NCBI GenBank assembly: GCA_036479435.1
Contig: JAZGFI010000195.1
Location: 1-46,953, forward strand
Direction: 5' to 3'
Length of the DNA stretch: 46,953 bases
Source of the DNA: Planctomycetota bacterium
GTDB taxonomy: Bacteria > Planctomycetota > GCA-002687715 > DRQF01
Numbering within the stretch: position 1 is the stretch's first letter; each line of letters begins with the position of its first letter. Positions 8,876 through 18,556 of this stretch are shown here, one piece after another. A program made the translations under genes and the position numbers. The notes beneath the pieces are model-generated. The model saw only the letters and a list, made by a program, of their open reading frames with translations. It ran no database searches and had not been told where the DNA came from.

Positions 8876-11236
8876 CTAACGCAAAAGATCGGCGGCGGGC
8901 TCGCGCTTCATCTCAACTTCCTTGAGAAGTTTTTCGATGTCACGGCGTACCTGATCGACTTTGACCAAATTTCGAGCCGCGGCCCGAAGCTGGGTCGAGA
9001 CGGCAACGGAGCGCTTCGTGCGTCGCATTCGGATGACGTGATAACCCTCACGACCCTCGATCGGTGCACTGACCTCATTGTCATCGAGCGCCAACACCGC
9101 CGGGCGGAATGAGGAACCGTAGACCTCGTCCCACCAGGGGCGAGGCCCAATTCCCCAGCGAGTGCGCCACAGGCTCGGGTGCTGGGTTTCGGCCGTTACG
9201 GGAGTCGGCATGAGCCCCTCGCGCATTTGATCGGTTGCCGCTTGTGCTGCCTTGTAGGCGAGTTCGCGTGGACCTTGATCGAGAGAATCAACGATGCCCT
9301 GATCGCCGCTGCCAAAGGGATAGACGAAATGCTGAAAAAAGACCTGCGTGCGATCCGGCAGTTTCTCGACCAAAAAGCGGCTGACGTCCGCCTCTTCGGG
9401 CTCGGGAATGAAGGCCAAGATGGCCCGTTGCACGGCGAGGCGGTCGATGTACTGGCGCAGCGTCAAACCCGTCATGCGGACTAAGATTTTCTGCGCCGAA
9501 CGGCGCACGGGATCGGGGTCCGGCGTCCAGCTCAAGGCGGGCCAGGATTCTCCTTGGCTGCGCAACCACTTCTCGATGAGATGGCGTTCGATGAAGTCAT
9601 CGATGACTCGATCCATCTCGGCCTCTCGCAGGCTGCGCCGCAGCGTCTCCCAGGCGTCTTTGAGGCCGACGCGAAAGACACGACCCCGATAGCTAATGTC
9701 AAGGGCACGATCCACGCTGATCTTGTCGGCCCAGCGTATCTGAACCCCGGCCTGAAGCGCATTCCAAGTGCGGTCGCAAATCTGACCAAGTTGCTTGGCA
9801 AAGCCTTGGTTACGACTGACTGCACTTCCCCCTGCCGCCAGAGTCAACAGGCCGGCCACTTGGTAGGCGCGTTCGTCGATAGCAAAGCGGGAACGCATAG
9901 GCGTCACCTGCATCAACTCGTTAGAGGTGACAAAGGCCATCGCGATGCGGTCGTTTGCGCGCGGAATTTGTAGATTCCTTCGCTTCAGCTCGGCGCTGAT
10001 GACATGACTCTTGGTGATCGCCTCGACAAGGTCCGCACCATAGACGCGCATGGCTTCTCGCGCCAAAAAGGCTCGACTGAAAGTGGCCTCAGGTCCGATT
10101 GACAGCGCCGTTTCGCCCGCATTCTCAACGACTTCATCAAAGGTCCAGCTCCGGCTCGGAACTTCCGTCGACAAGACAGAGCGATGTGGAAGCTTGACGA
10201 GAGTCGCATCGCCGACAACACCGAGATCGCCATCGACAAGGCGCAATTCATCGTCCGCATTGCGGAACACCGCACTGCCACCCTTGCGTACCGTAATGAG
10301 GAATGTCCGGTCAAAAACCGGGGCCACGAGGGAGCGATTCTTGCCGAGGGCGTCGCTTGCACGAACGATCTCGCTATCTCCCGTCACAACCCCCCTGACA
10401 TATCCGTCGCGGCCGTTCACCGCGATGATACGCAACTGGTTCTCACGCTGCATCTGAGCTCGAATACCGCCGCGTTCGATTTGCACGATGATGGCGCCGG
10501 TCGTCTTGCTGCGTAGCAACCTGACTCGGCTCTGCGGCTTGATCATGAGGCGACCGCGTTTCGACAGTCGGACGATCGCGACCTGGTCGGACCTCGTGGT
10601 GATCTCCGAAGGGATCACTAATCTACTGCGAGCCTTCGACCCTTTGGGAATCGAACCACTCAAGTTAGAGGACGACACGTAGGCGACGTCGCCAAGCGCC
10701 GCGGCCATCTGATTCGGCCCCGAGTTGAAGACTTCTTTGTTTTGCTCGCGGCGATAGTCCCGCAGACCAAAAAATGCCATCGAGGTAAAAAGGATCATCA
10801 GCACCGCTACGCGAAGAAAACCTGGCCGCTGAAAATAGTAGCGGCTGCGGCTCTTGGTCTCACGAATCTGCGAACTGCGGCGGAGTTGGTTAAGGGTGTT
10901 TTGCGCGACACTGTTCTCGAAGCAGCGGCGGTCGCGCGAGGCGGGCCGGCGATAGACGCGGGCGAGCACCTGATCGGCCAAGGCCTTAGAGTCCACACCG
11001 AGGCTTCCGGCCGCCGCCGAGGCTTCCCCTTGCTCGCCGGAACTTTGAAGCTCTAGACTCGCGTCAAAAGCGACATGCAGCGATTGTTCGAACTTGAGCG
11101 CCTCGCGCGCTTCTGCGGCCCGGACCTCACCTTCGCCACCGGCCAAAACACCTTCCACTAGACGGCGTTCGTGATCCGCTGCATCTCCTAGGACGTAAGC
11201 CTCAAGGAGCCGTTCGAAGTCTCGGCGTTGATTCAC
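8876..11236 (-). CDS. Anti-sigma factor with a TM segment, FecR-like domain and C-terminal SurA/PpiC-like foldase region
   Basis: N-terminal FERLLEAYVLG anti-sigma helix; one TM; FecR-like ITTRSDQVAIVRL..QIERGGIRA; parvulin-like tail AVLALDDNEVSAPIEGREGYHVIRM; 4-nt overlap with the sigma gene. Confidence 0.65.
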   Translation of the reverse strand: MNQRRDFERLLEAYVLGDAADHERRLVEGVLAGGEGEVRAAEAREALKFEQSLHVAFDASLELQSSGEQGEASAAAGSLGVDSKALADQVLARVYRRPASRDRRCFENSVAQNTLNQLRRSSQIRETKSRSRYYFQRPGFLRVAVLMILFTSMAFFGLRDYRREQNKEVFNSGPNQMAAALGDVAYVSSSNLSGSIPKGSKARSRLVIPSEITTRSDQVAIVRLSKRGRLMIKPQSRVRLLRSKTTGAIIVQIERGGIRAQMQRENQLRIIAVNGRDGYVRGVVTGDSEIVRASDALGKNRSLVAPVFDRTFLITVRKGGSAVFRNADDELRLVDGDLGVVGDATLVKLPHRSVLSTEVPSRSWTFDEVVENAGETALSIGPEATFSRAFLAREAMRVYGADLVEAITKSHVISAELKRRNLQIPRANDRIAMAFVTSNELMQVTPMRSRFAIDERAYQVAGLLTLAAGGSAVSRNQGFAKQLGQICDRTWNALQAGVQIRWADKISVDRALDISYRGRVFRVGLKDAWETLRRSLREAEMDRVIDDFIERHLIEKWLRSQGESWPALSWTPDPDPVRRSAQKILVRMTGLTLRQYIDRLAVQRAILAFIPEPEEADVSRFLVEKLPDRTQVFFQHFVYPFGSGDQGIVDSLDQGPRELAYKAAQAATDQMREGLMPTPVTAETQHPSLWRTRWGIGPRPWWDEVYGSSFRPAVLALDDNEVSAPIEGREGYHVIRMRRTKRSVAVSTQLRAAARNLVKVDQVRRDIEKLLKEVEMKREPAADLLR

Positions 11237-11787
11237 TTCAGATTTTCCCGTTCCAGGATCGGCGTCACCACTTCTCGCAACCTCCCTTTGGCGCGACGCA
11301 TGAGAGCGTCCACCGCCATGAAAGAGAGGCCGAGAGTTTCAGCGATCTCCTCGTAGGAGAGCTTCGCGAAGTAACGGAGTCGCAGGACTTCCCGGTAGCG
11401 CACGGGCAGAACGTCGAGGGCGCGACCGATCGCAAACTCGATCGAATCTACTTCCTCGTCGATTTGCTCCGGTGCCTCCGGATCAACGGAATCATCGAGC
11501 GAGGCGTGGCCCCGGGCTCGAGCGGCCCAAAACTCACGAACGACGTTTCGACAAATTCCGCGAAGCCAAGAAGTGAACTTCTTTTGATCGCGCAGCCGTT
11601 CGAGGCCGCGGTAGACTCGAAAGAAAACTTCTTGTCTGAGATCAGCGATTTCTTCGCGGTTCCCTACGCGATCGACAAGCAAAGCCGTCACGAGGCGATC
11701 GCAGCGACCCACGAGACTTCGAAAAGCCTCCTGATCGCCCGCCATCACCTGGTCGAGCAATTTCTCGTCAACACCTAGCGAACTCAT
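11233..11787 (-). CDS. ECF sigma-70 factor
   Basis: GDQEAFRSLV; DLRQEVFFRVY..FTSWLRGICRN (sigma2); LPVRYREVLRLRYFAKLSYEEIAETLG (sigma4). Confidence 0.93.
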   Translation of the reverse strand: MSSLGVDEKLLDQVMAGDQEAFRSLVGRCDRLVTALLVDRVGNREEIADLRQEVFFRVYRGLERLRDQKKFTSWLRGICRNVVREFWAARARGHASLDDSVDPEAPEQIDEEVDSIEFAIGRALDVLPVRYREVLRLRYFAKLSYEEIAETLGLSFMAVDALMRRAKGRLREVVTPILERENLK

Positions 11788-11919
11788 TGCCTAAAGTGTC
11801 TCCTTGTTGCCGCTGTCGACGGAATTCTCTTCGATTCCTCTGGAATTTCATGGATCGACCAGATCGACACAAGTGCTTGATTAGAACGTGCTTCAGCGCG
11901 CTTTCTCAGCAATTTTGCA

Positions 11920-13749
11920 TCAACCGTAAATCCAAGGCAGAAAAATCGCCGCGAGCACACAGAAGATAAGGGTCAAGGGCGCTCCTATCTTCAGAAAGTC
12001 GGTGAATTTATAGCCACCGGGCCCATAGACCAACAAGTTCGTGTTGTAGCCGATGGGGGTCAAAAAGCAGCAGCTAGCCCCAAAAGCGACGGCCATGACA
12101 AAAGGTATCGGCGTGTCCGCGCCGGGGAATTCGATCCCGGTCTGGTAAGCCAAGGGCGTCATGATGGCTGCCGCCGCGTTGTTTGAAAGGACTTGAGTCA
12201 TCAGCGCCGTGAAGACGTAAATGCCTCCCACCGTCGCGGCAATGCCCAATGGCCCGCAAGTGTCCACTAAACGCTCCGCCGTCAATCCCGCCAATCCGGT
12301 TTGAGCGAAGGCCCGGCCTAACGCGAGAGTGCCTCCAAGTAAAAACAGGACGTCCCAATCCATGGATGAATAGGCCTCGGCCGCCGTTGCGCAACGCCCT
12401 AACACCATCAACAGGGCCGCAACGAGCGCGGCGATGTGAACTTGACCGGGAAGCGAAATCGCCAGAGCCATGAAGACAAACAAGGCCGCAATGGCCACCG
12501 GAGCGCGTTGGGTGTGGGGGATGTTTCGTCCTACCCCTTCGACGACGAGGAAGTTCTCCGAAGCCTTCAAGCCACGGATATTGTCGAGGCTGCCCTGAAC
12601 CAGGAGAATATCACCGGTCTTAAGCCGCAACTCTTCGACTTTCTCGCGCAAATGCGTGCCGTGACGTTGCACGGCAAAAACGCTCACATTGTAGCGCTCG
12701 CGAAAACGCACCTCACCAACTTGGCGATCCACCCAGCGCGAACCAGGGGTGACCACGATTTCGGCCAAAGTCACAGAAATGGTCTTGCCGGCATCCGTGG
12801 ATTCATCGCCGGAAACATCCTGCACCGAGACGATCCCGGTTTGGCCCGGCCGATGAAACTTCACGAGTGACGCGGGATCACCTTTGATGAGCAGCACATC
12901 GCCTGGCTCGATGACCTTATCGGGGAGCGCACTGTGAATGACATCGTTGCGAATGAGCTGCAAGACTCGTAGGGATTTCTTCTCGCCACGAGGGAAGGCC
13001 TCGGCGATCGATTTCCCGATCGACTTCGAGCCCTTTTGGATCTCGACCTCGGTCATGTACTCCGCCGCGATGCCGCTACCCGTTCCCAATCCCAAAGACG
13101 GCCGCTCGGGCAGCAGACGCTTGCCAAAGGAGAACAAATAGACCGAACCGACGACGGCAAAGATCGCCCCCATCGGCAGAAAGTCAAACATGCCCAGGGT
13201 GACTTGCCCCTTGGACGAGGACGCCAACGAAGAAGCGACAATGAGGTTAGTAGAGGTGCCGATGAGGGTGCACATCCCCCCCAAGATCGAAACAAAAGAC
13301 AACGGGATGAGCAGCTTGCTTGGCGCTTCTTTGAGTGGATCGGCCATGCCGAGCACCAGCGGCATGAAGATCAAGACTAGGGGAGTGTTGTTCAAAAAGG
13401 CCGAAGCGACCATGACGATGAGGAGCACCGCCCAGTAGTGGCGTTGCGTACTGAGACCGCGGCCCGTGAACAGGACATCCGTAATGATGCCCACCGCCCC
13501 AGTGCGCTGCACACCCAAGGAAATCACGAACATGCTGGCGACGGCAATCACCGCCCGGTCGATGAAGCCCAAAAAGGGCTCTTGGCCGGCGAGGATTGGT
13601 TCACTGAGAACGGCGTTGCCGAGAAGTATGGCGGCGATCGTAAGCAAACCCGTGATGCCGGCAGGAACGAGTTCCCAAACCAACAACACGATGGTCCCTA
13701 CCAGGACTGCCAAGACCCAAAGCTGCGCCGCGTCCATCTTCTCCGCCAC
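11920..13749 (-). CDS. SLC13/CitMHS family permease with two TrkA-C domains
   Basis: SAFLNNTP, LGGMCTLIGTSTNL, VLSNNAAA and FLTPIGYNTNLLVYGPGGYKFTDF motifs; central soluble RCK-C repeats. Confidence 0.92.
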   Translation of the reverse strand: MAEKMDAAQLWVLAVLVGTIVLLVWELVPAGITGLLTIAAILLGNAVLSEPILAGQEPFLGFIDRAVIAVASMFVISLGVQRTGAVGIITDVLFTGRGLSTQRHYWAVLLIVMVASAFLNNTPLVLIFMPLVLGMADPLKEAPSKLLIPLSFVSILGGMCTLIGTSTNLIVASSLASSSKGQVTLGMFDFLPMGAIFAVVGSVYLFSFGKRLLPERPSLGLGTGSGIAAEYMTEVEIQKGSKSIGKSIAEAFPRGEKKSLRVLQLIRNDVIHSALPDKVIEPGDVLLIKGDPASLVKFHRPGQTGIVSVQDVSGDESTDAGKTISVTLAEIVVTPGSRWVDRQVGEVRFRERYNVSVFAVQRHGTHLREKVEELRLKTGDILLVQGSLDNIRGLKASENFLVVEGVGRNIPHTQRAPVAIAALFVFMALAISLPGQVHIAALVAALLMVLGRCATAAEAYSSMDWDVLFLLGGTLALGRAFAQTGLAGLTAERLVDTCGPLGIAATVGGIYVFTALMTQVLSNNAAAAIMTPLAYQTGIEFPGADTPIPFVMAVAFGASCCFLTPIGYNTNLLVYGPGGYKFTDFLKIGAPLTLIFCVLAAIFLPWIYG

Positions 13750-13864
13750 CTCGACCGGTATTATTCAACGCCGGGCACTCATGCGCCGCCGCCGAAGAAG
13801 TTCCAATGAGGATTATAGAGGCAATTGCAAGAGTAGATAGGCCGCCGGCATGGTATGGACCGGT

Positions 13865-15592
13865 TTAGGGAATTTTCAGCGAACGTCGGATCGCGCCGCC
13901 TTTTTGGGAACGAAATTCGACTTCGTAGGGAGCCCTGCCTTCCACAATCCACTCGACCGTGACTTTAGCCTTGCTGCCGATACCGGATTCTAAGCGCACG
14001 CGAGCCAGATCTTTTTCGATCGGGACAATCCTTTCGTTCGGATAGCGACCCGTGACGCGTCCAGCCGCGACAACTCTACCGCCTCGCAGTTCCACAAAGT
14101 CCGGCAGGCCACACTTGTACTTGGAGGCGTGCGCCGTCCGTGACGGGATCAAGCGCTCGTTCTTGAGTGTGACGCGAACGCGAAAAAGCCCGTCGCCGAG
14201 GGCTTCGATCTTGTGATCATCCATGACGACCAAAGGCATTTCTTTGGCGTGCAGCAGAGAAAACGCACAGTTGCGATGGCAAGTTTCCTCAAGCGTAAAG
14301 CCTGGGTTTTGCCGCGACGACCATTTGTTCCAACCGCCGATCTCAATCTCACCGTACTCCGGGTGAGTGAAAGGTGACCAATTCTTGTAGAACCCGCCGA
14401 GCATGACGAGGTCGTTGAAGGCCTTTCGATCGTCGGGTTTGCGGTCCTTCGACATGAAGTAGCGCGGGTTCGACCACAGCTCGTTAGTGAAGCTGACGAT
14501 GCCGAGCCCTTCGGCCAAGAAGTTCACGAAGCCGCCGTGGACGTTGTAAAGATCCTTGTGAATAATCATGTAGCGGTAAAACGGCAGAATCCGCTCGCCC
14601 TTTCTTCCGATCTCGTCGTACACCGCGAGGTCGCCGCGGGGATACTCGGGGATCTTCGCGTTACCGGGCCCGCGTAGAATCATGCCTCCAGAGTTGTGGT
14701 AGCTCTGCCCCGCCGCGATATTCGGATGCGCCTTGACAAAAGCCCCCACCGCGCGGGGCTCGTTTTTCGAGAATGGATACCATCCGGCGCCGCGCTGAAT
14801 GTAGTTCGGCTGCCAATCCGTCGGATTGTTGCGATTCATGTCGTAACCGCCGATCCCATCTTCGTTCTTGCGGCCATCGGCGTCGTTGTCGATGCCTTCG
14901 CTTCCCAAAAGAATGTAGTCGCCTTCTTCGCCGGCCTTCACGCGGATCATGAAGCGGGGATCTTCGGGATCTAACTTATGAGTTCCACCCTTGGCAACTT
15001 TTTTGCGCATGCGCGTGATGCTGCCGTCGCCGTCGAGATCTTCGGGACCGTCTTCATCGAAGAGACCATCACCATCGTTGTCCGTGGGCTGAGTGCCACT
15101 GCGCGACGAACTTGAAGTGTTGGCGCGGTGGAACCAATAGTCGCGCCCATCGGGATTCACGCTAGGGGCGATGTAGAAAACCCGTTCGTCGACGACTTTC
15201 GTGACTTCCTCGAGTTTCCCGTAGTTCTCCATCAAGTACCAGATCGTGTAGATGCAGACTTCGCTGGCTTGAACTTCGTTGCCGTGAATATTGCCGTCGA
15301 TGTACATCGCGGCCTTTTCGAACTCGGCACCGGTCTTTTTGTTCTGGATGGTCATCAACCAGATGTCGCGACCTTCGTGGCTCTTGCCGATACTGCTGAG
15401 CGACAAGAACTCGGGCCATGCTTTTTCCATGCGACGCAGAAGGTCGCCGATCTCAGCGTGGTCGTAGTAACGGTTGAAAGCGATATTCACCTTCGGGTCC
15501 GACTGACGTCCGGTTTGCGCCAACAAAGGCGCCCCAAAAAGGCCTGCGAGCAGAATCAGGATCGTGATTTTGGTCAACATGCTAATCCTCAC
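13865..15592 (-). CDS. Secreted M14 zinc carboxypeptidase (active motifs)
   Basis: Signal peptide; GNIHGNE (HxxE), NPDG, NRN and SYH motifs; DxDGDG loops. Confidence 0.9.
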   Translation of the reverse strand: MRISMLTKITILILLAGLFGAPLLAQTGRQSDPKVNIAFNRYYDHAEIGDLLRRMEKAWPEFLSLSSIGKSHEGRDIWLMTIQNKKTGAEFEKAAMYIDGNIHGNEVQASEVCIYTIWYLMENYGKLEEVTKVVDERVFYIAPSVNPDGRDYWFHRANTSSSSRSGTQPTDNDGDGLFDEDGPEDLDGDGSITRMRKKVAKGGTHKLDPEDPRFMIRVKAGEEGDYILLGSEGIDNDADGRKNEDGIGGYDMNRNNPTDWQPNYIQRGAGWYPFSKNEPRAVGAFVKAHPNIAAGQSYHNSGGMILRGPGNAKIPEYPRGDLAVYDEIGRKGERILPFYRYMIIHKDLYNVHGGFVNFLAEGLGIVSFTNELWSNPRYFMSKDRKPDDRKAFNDLVMLGGFYKNWSPFTHPEYGEIEIGGWNKWSSRQNPGFTLEETCHRNCAFSLLHAKEMPLVVMDDHKIEALGDGLFRVRVTLKNERLIPSRTAHASKYKCGLPDFVELRGGRVVAAGRVTGRYPNERIVPIEKDLARVRLESGIGSKAKVTVEWIVEGRAPYEVEFRSQKGGAIRRSLKIP

Positions 15593-17457
15593 GGCAACAC
15601 CACCTCTTTTAGCTGCGGATGCGCTTTGGCTTCGGCGACCCAGATTAAGATCGAGTCACCGCTCTTGCCGCGGATAACCCAGCGCCCGTGAAATTCCCCG
15701 GCCTTTGCCGCGAGACTCTCGACACGGTTGCGCGACCGCCCGTGAACAAGGCGATCCTTGGGAAGATCCAATTCGATCAGCACCGGGCCCACGATGCGGT
15801 TGTAGGCGCCCTGCTTGCAGGCGGTTGGAATGCCGCCCTCGTTGACAACGTGCAGTCGAATCTCATACAGGCCATTCGCCAGCTGCTTGACGACTGGCGA
15901 CGCTACCGTGACCTTCGTCAGTTTGGCGAAGAGTTGCTTCATGAAGGCGAATTCGGCGCGCGCGATATGACCCGCGACTACCTCGCTCGGGTTTTTCGTC
16001 AAGTAGGGTTTCCAGCCACCGATCTCGATCTTGCCCAGTTGAGGGTGATCGAAGGGGCGCCACGCGGAAAAAGCGCTTTGCTTGCGCTCGCTGAGGTGCT
16101 CTTTTACCGGATCGGGTTTCTTTTCTGACTTAGCCTTTGAAGTATCGGCGTCGCCGTCTCTCGGCTCATCGTCTTTCGATTCCGAGTCCGATTTTGACTT
16201 TTCCTTCGGGTCTGATTTTGACTTTGAGCCCTTAGCCTTTTTCTTGTCGGACTCTTTCTTCTTGGCGGCGGTATCCACCTCGAAGAGATTCACGGCCAGG
16301 GTCGGGACGCCGAACTGGTAGTAAGACCAAGCCGCAAAGCTGCCGTCATCGCTGCCCGCGTTCTTACCGAGAACCGCTCCTTCGTCTTTGCGCATCTTGC
16401 GAAAGACCTCAAGCAAGGCACGGTCTTCGGACCAAATCCCCGTCGGGCGCTCGCGGCGAAAACGCCCGCCCTTTGGAGCTTTTGCCGCCTTGGGAATCTT
16501 CGCGAGGTTGTCGTAAGCACCGTAAACCAGAGTCATGGCGATGTTGGGACGAGCATGAACATAGTCGAGGATAGCTTTTGTCTCGGGTTCGCTCACGGCA
16601 TGGAGTCCCGACGATAGATCGTGGATCTTGAATCCGCGTGGGAAGTTGAGGTTTAGATGTACGCCCCAGCTCGGGTTCTCGCCGTAGTCACCATCTCCGT
16701 CGCGGTCGCGCGACTCGATGAAGTAGCGAAAAGTCCCGTTCTCGCCTTTTTCAACGTCAGCTTTCTTTGTCAATCGCGGCTCATCCGGAACGGCAATCCA
16801 GGCCCCTTCGGGGTCGGGGATGCGCATCATCGTGATGAGACCATCACCGTCGAGATCGACGGGAACATCTTCATTTGCGCTACGCCCATCGCGGTCCCAA
16901 TCCACGGTGCGCGCATTGCCGGCGTTTTCGGCGAAGGCCCTTTTGCCGAGTTCAAGTTCCGGATCAAAGACGCCTTCGAAGTAGCGGGCAGCGCCATCGG
17001 GGTTCAGCTGGGGGACGAGGTAGAGGGCTGCACCGCCCAAGAGCTCCAGGCTTTCCTTAGGGGGCAATTCAAGAAACTTCGCTGCGAGGTGCATGGCGAT
17101 GCTGGTACCGATGAGCCGATCGCCCGCTTCGCCCGCCACGATCAGCAGCGCCGGACGGCGTCCCGCGCTTCGTTTGATCAACCCCTTCGTTTGAGCACTC
17201 GCTGGTATCGCCGGCAAGGTCGCGGACGGTTGAATCTCCAGGGCTAAGATCTCGCGCCCCTGATGGCTGCGGCCCATCACGACCACCGCGACATCAAGGC
17301 CTTCATCCTTGGCGTTTGCCGCAAGTCGCCGCATTCCCTCCACGACTTGAGCTGGCGTCATGTAGCTGAGGGCGGGGGCTTCGTCTTGTGCCTTCAGGCC
17401 GTTGACCAGCCCGCACACAAACAAAAGGAAGATGGGGCCCAGTGATGTTGGTCGCAT
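15589..17457 (-). CDS. Secreted M14-like protein lacking zinc ligands (probable pseudopeptidase)
   Basis: M14 scaffold (GRSHQGREI, NPDG, SEPET) but GEAGDR replaces HxxE, NLN replaces NRN and VYG replaces the third His; Lys/Asp-rich insert. Confidence 0.8.
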   Translation of the reverse strand: MRPTSLGPIFLLFVCGLVNGLKAQDEAPALSYMTPAQVVEGMRRLAANAKDEGLDVAVVVMGRSHQGREILALEIQPSATLPAIPASAQTKGLIKRSAGRRPALLIVAGEAGDRLIGTSIAMHLAAKFLELPPKESLELLGGAALYLVPQLNPDGAARYFEGVFDPELELGKRAFAENAGNARTVDWDRDGRSANEDVPVDLDGDGLITMMRIPDPEGAWIAVPDEPRLTKKADVEKGENGTFRYFIESRDRDGDGDYGENPSWGVHLNLNFPRGFKIHDLSSGLHAVSEPETKAILDYVHARPNIAMTLVYGAYDNLAKIPKAAKAPKGGRFRRERPTGIWSEDRALLEVFRKMRKDEGAVLGKNAGSDDGSFAAWSYYQFGVPTLAVNLFEVDTAAKKKESDKKKAKGSKSKSDPKEKSKSDSESKDDEPRDGDADTSKAKSEKKPDPVKEHLSERKQSAFSAWRPFDHPQLGKIEIGGWKPYLTKNPSEVVAGHIARAEFAFMKQLFAKLTKVTVASPVVKQLANGLYEIRLHVVNEGGIPTACKQGAYNRIVGPVLIELDLPKDRLVHGRSRNRVESLAAKAGEFHGRWVIRGKSGDSILIWVAEAKAHPQLKEVVLP

Positions 17458-17627
17458 GACAATCGCACTCCAGGAGACTCAGCGAAGCGCCATCGAAACC
17501 GGAGAGGCTCGAAAATGCAAGAGGGCGCCGCCTGCGATGGGGACACGCACCAAGTCGCGAGCTCTTTCGTGGGGCGTCTATGATTTCTCAACCCGACCGC
17601 AATCAACTACGCTCGTGACCTAAGACC

Positions 17628-18473
17628 TCAATCCTGGTAGCGGCCGAGGGCGCTACCCAAGGGTATCCACTCGCCCGTTTTCAGGTCACCCCACTCGAAA
17701 GAGTCCGATCCGACGATCACGATGACGGTCGATCCGAGTTCGAAAGTCGCCAAGTGCTCGCCGCGCGCAACCGGCACCGCAGGTGAGTGCTCAAAAAGTT
17801 CTCGTTGACCACCGCAGTTGGAAACAAAGTCCTCGTAGGCGAGCCGTATCTTGCCCACGTTGGTTGCTCCCACCATCACGAACGCCAGGGGCGCGCGTTC
17901 GGTCGCCAAAAATGCCGTGACGCGTTCGTTGACGGCAAACAAGGACGGAACGTTCTTTACCGCCGCGGCGTTCACCGGCCAGAGCTTCCCAGGTTCGTAA
18001 AGCGTACGCTCAATCTTTGCATCGTCGGGAGAATGCAAGCGATGGTAGTCGCGCGGTGAAAGATAAATCGTCGCGAAGCGGCCACCGGCAAAAGGCTCCG
18101 CCGCTTCGGCCGAACCAAGCAAGGCTTCAAGGCTGTAGTCCATGCCCTTGGCCTGAACCAACCTCCCCCGCTCAATGCGGCCATAGGCACCGACCCTGCC
18201 ATCGACTGGATTGACGAGAACACCGCGATCTTGATTGATGGGCCGCACTCCTTCCTTCAATTCGCGCGTAAACATCGCCAGAAGCGAGGGATAATCCTCA
18301 AATCGCTTCGCGGCCTCCTCGAAATCGATCTGAAAGCGGTTCGCGAACCAACGCATGAAGGGCCGCACGAAAAAGCGCGGACGTTCGAGACGAGCGATCC
18401 AGCCAAAACCTCGGCTGATCAAGTTCTTGGGCAAGAATCGCAGGACACGGATGGTGAGGGTGTCGTTGGCCAT
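17628..18473 (-). CDS. psd: Phosphatidylserine decarboxylase proenzyme
   Basis: FTREL, PVDG, YLSPRDYHRLHSP, NER, VGATNVG and the LGST autocleavage motif. Confidence 0.95.
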   Translation of the reverse strand: MANDTLTIRVLRFLPKNLISRGFGWIARLERPRFFVRPFMRWFANRFQIDFEEAAKRFEDYPSLLAMFTRELKEGVRPINQDRGVLVNPVDGRVGAYGRIERGRLVQAKGMDYSLEALLGSAEAAEPFAGGRFATIYLSPRDYHRLHSPDDAKIERTLYEPGKLWPVNAAAVKNVPSLFAVNERVTAFLATERAPLAFVMVGATNVGKIRLAYEDFVSNCGGQRELFEHSPAVPVARGEHLATFELGSTVIVIVGSDSFEWGDLKTGEWIPLGSALGRYQD

Positions 18474-18556
18474 GACGGGCTTATGACCATCTCCCCCGGC
18501 GGTATCAAGTCAGACCGGACATTGACCGGCCAGAGCTGAGGTGAAACGATGGTGAC

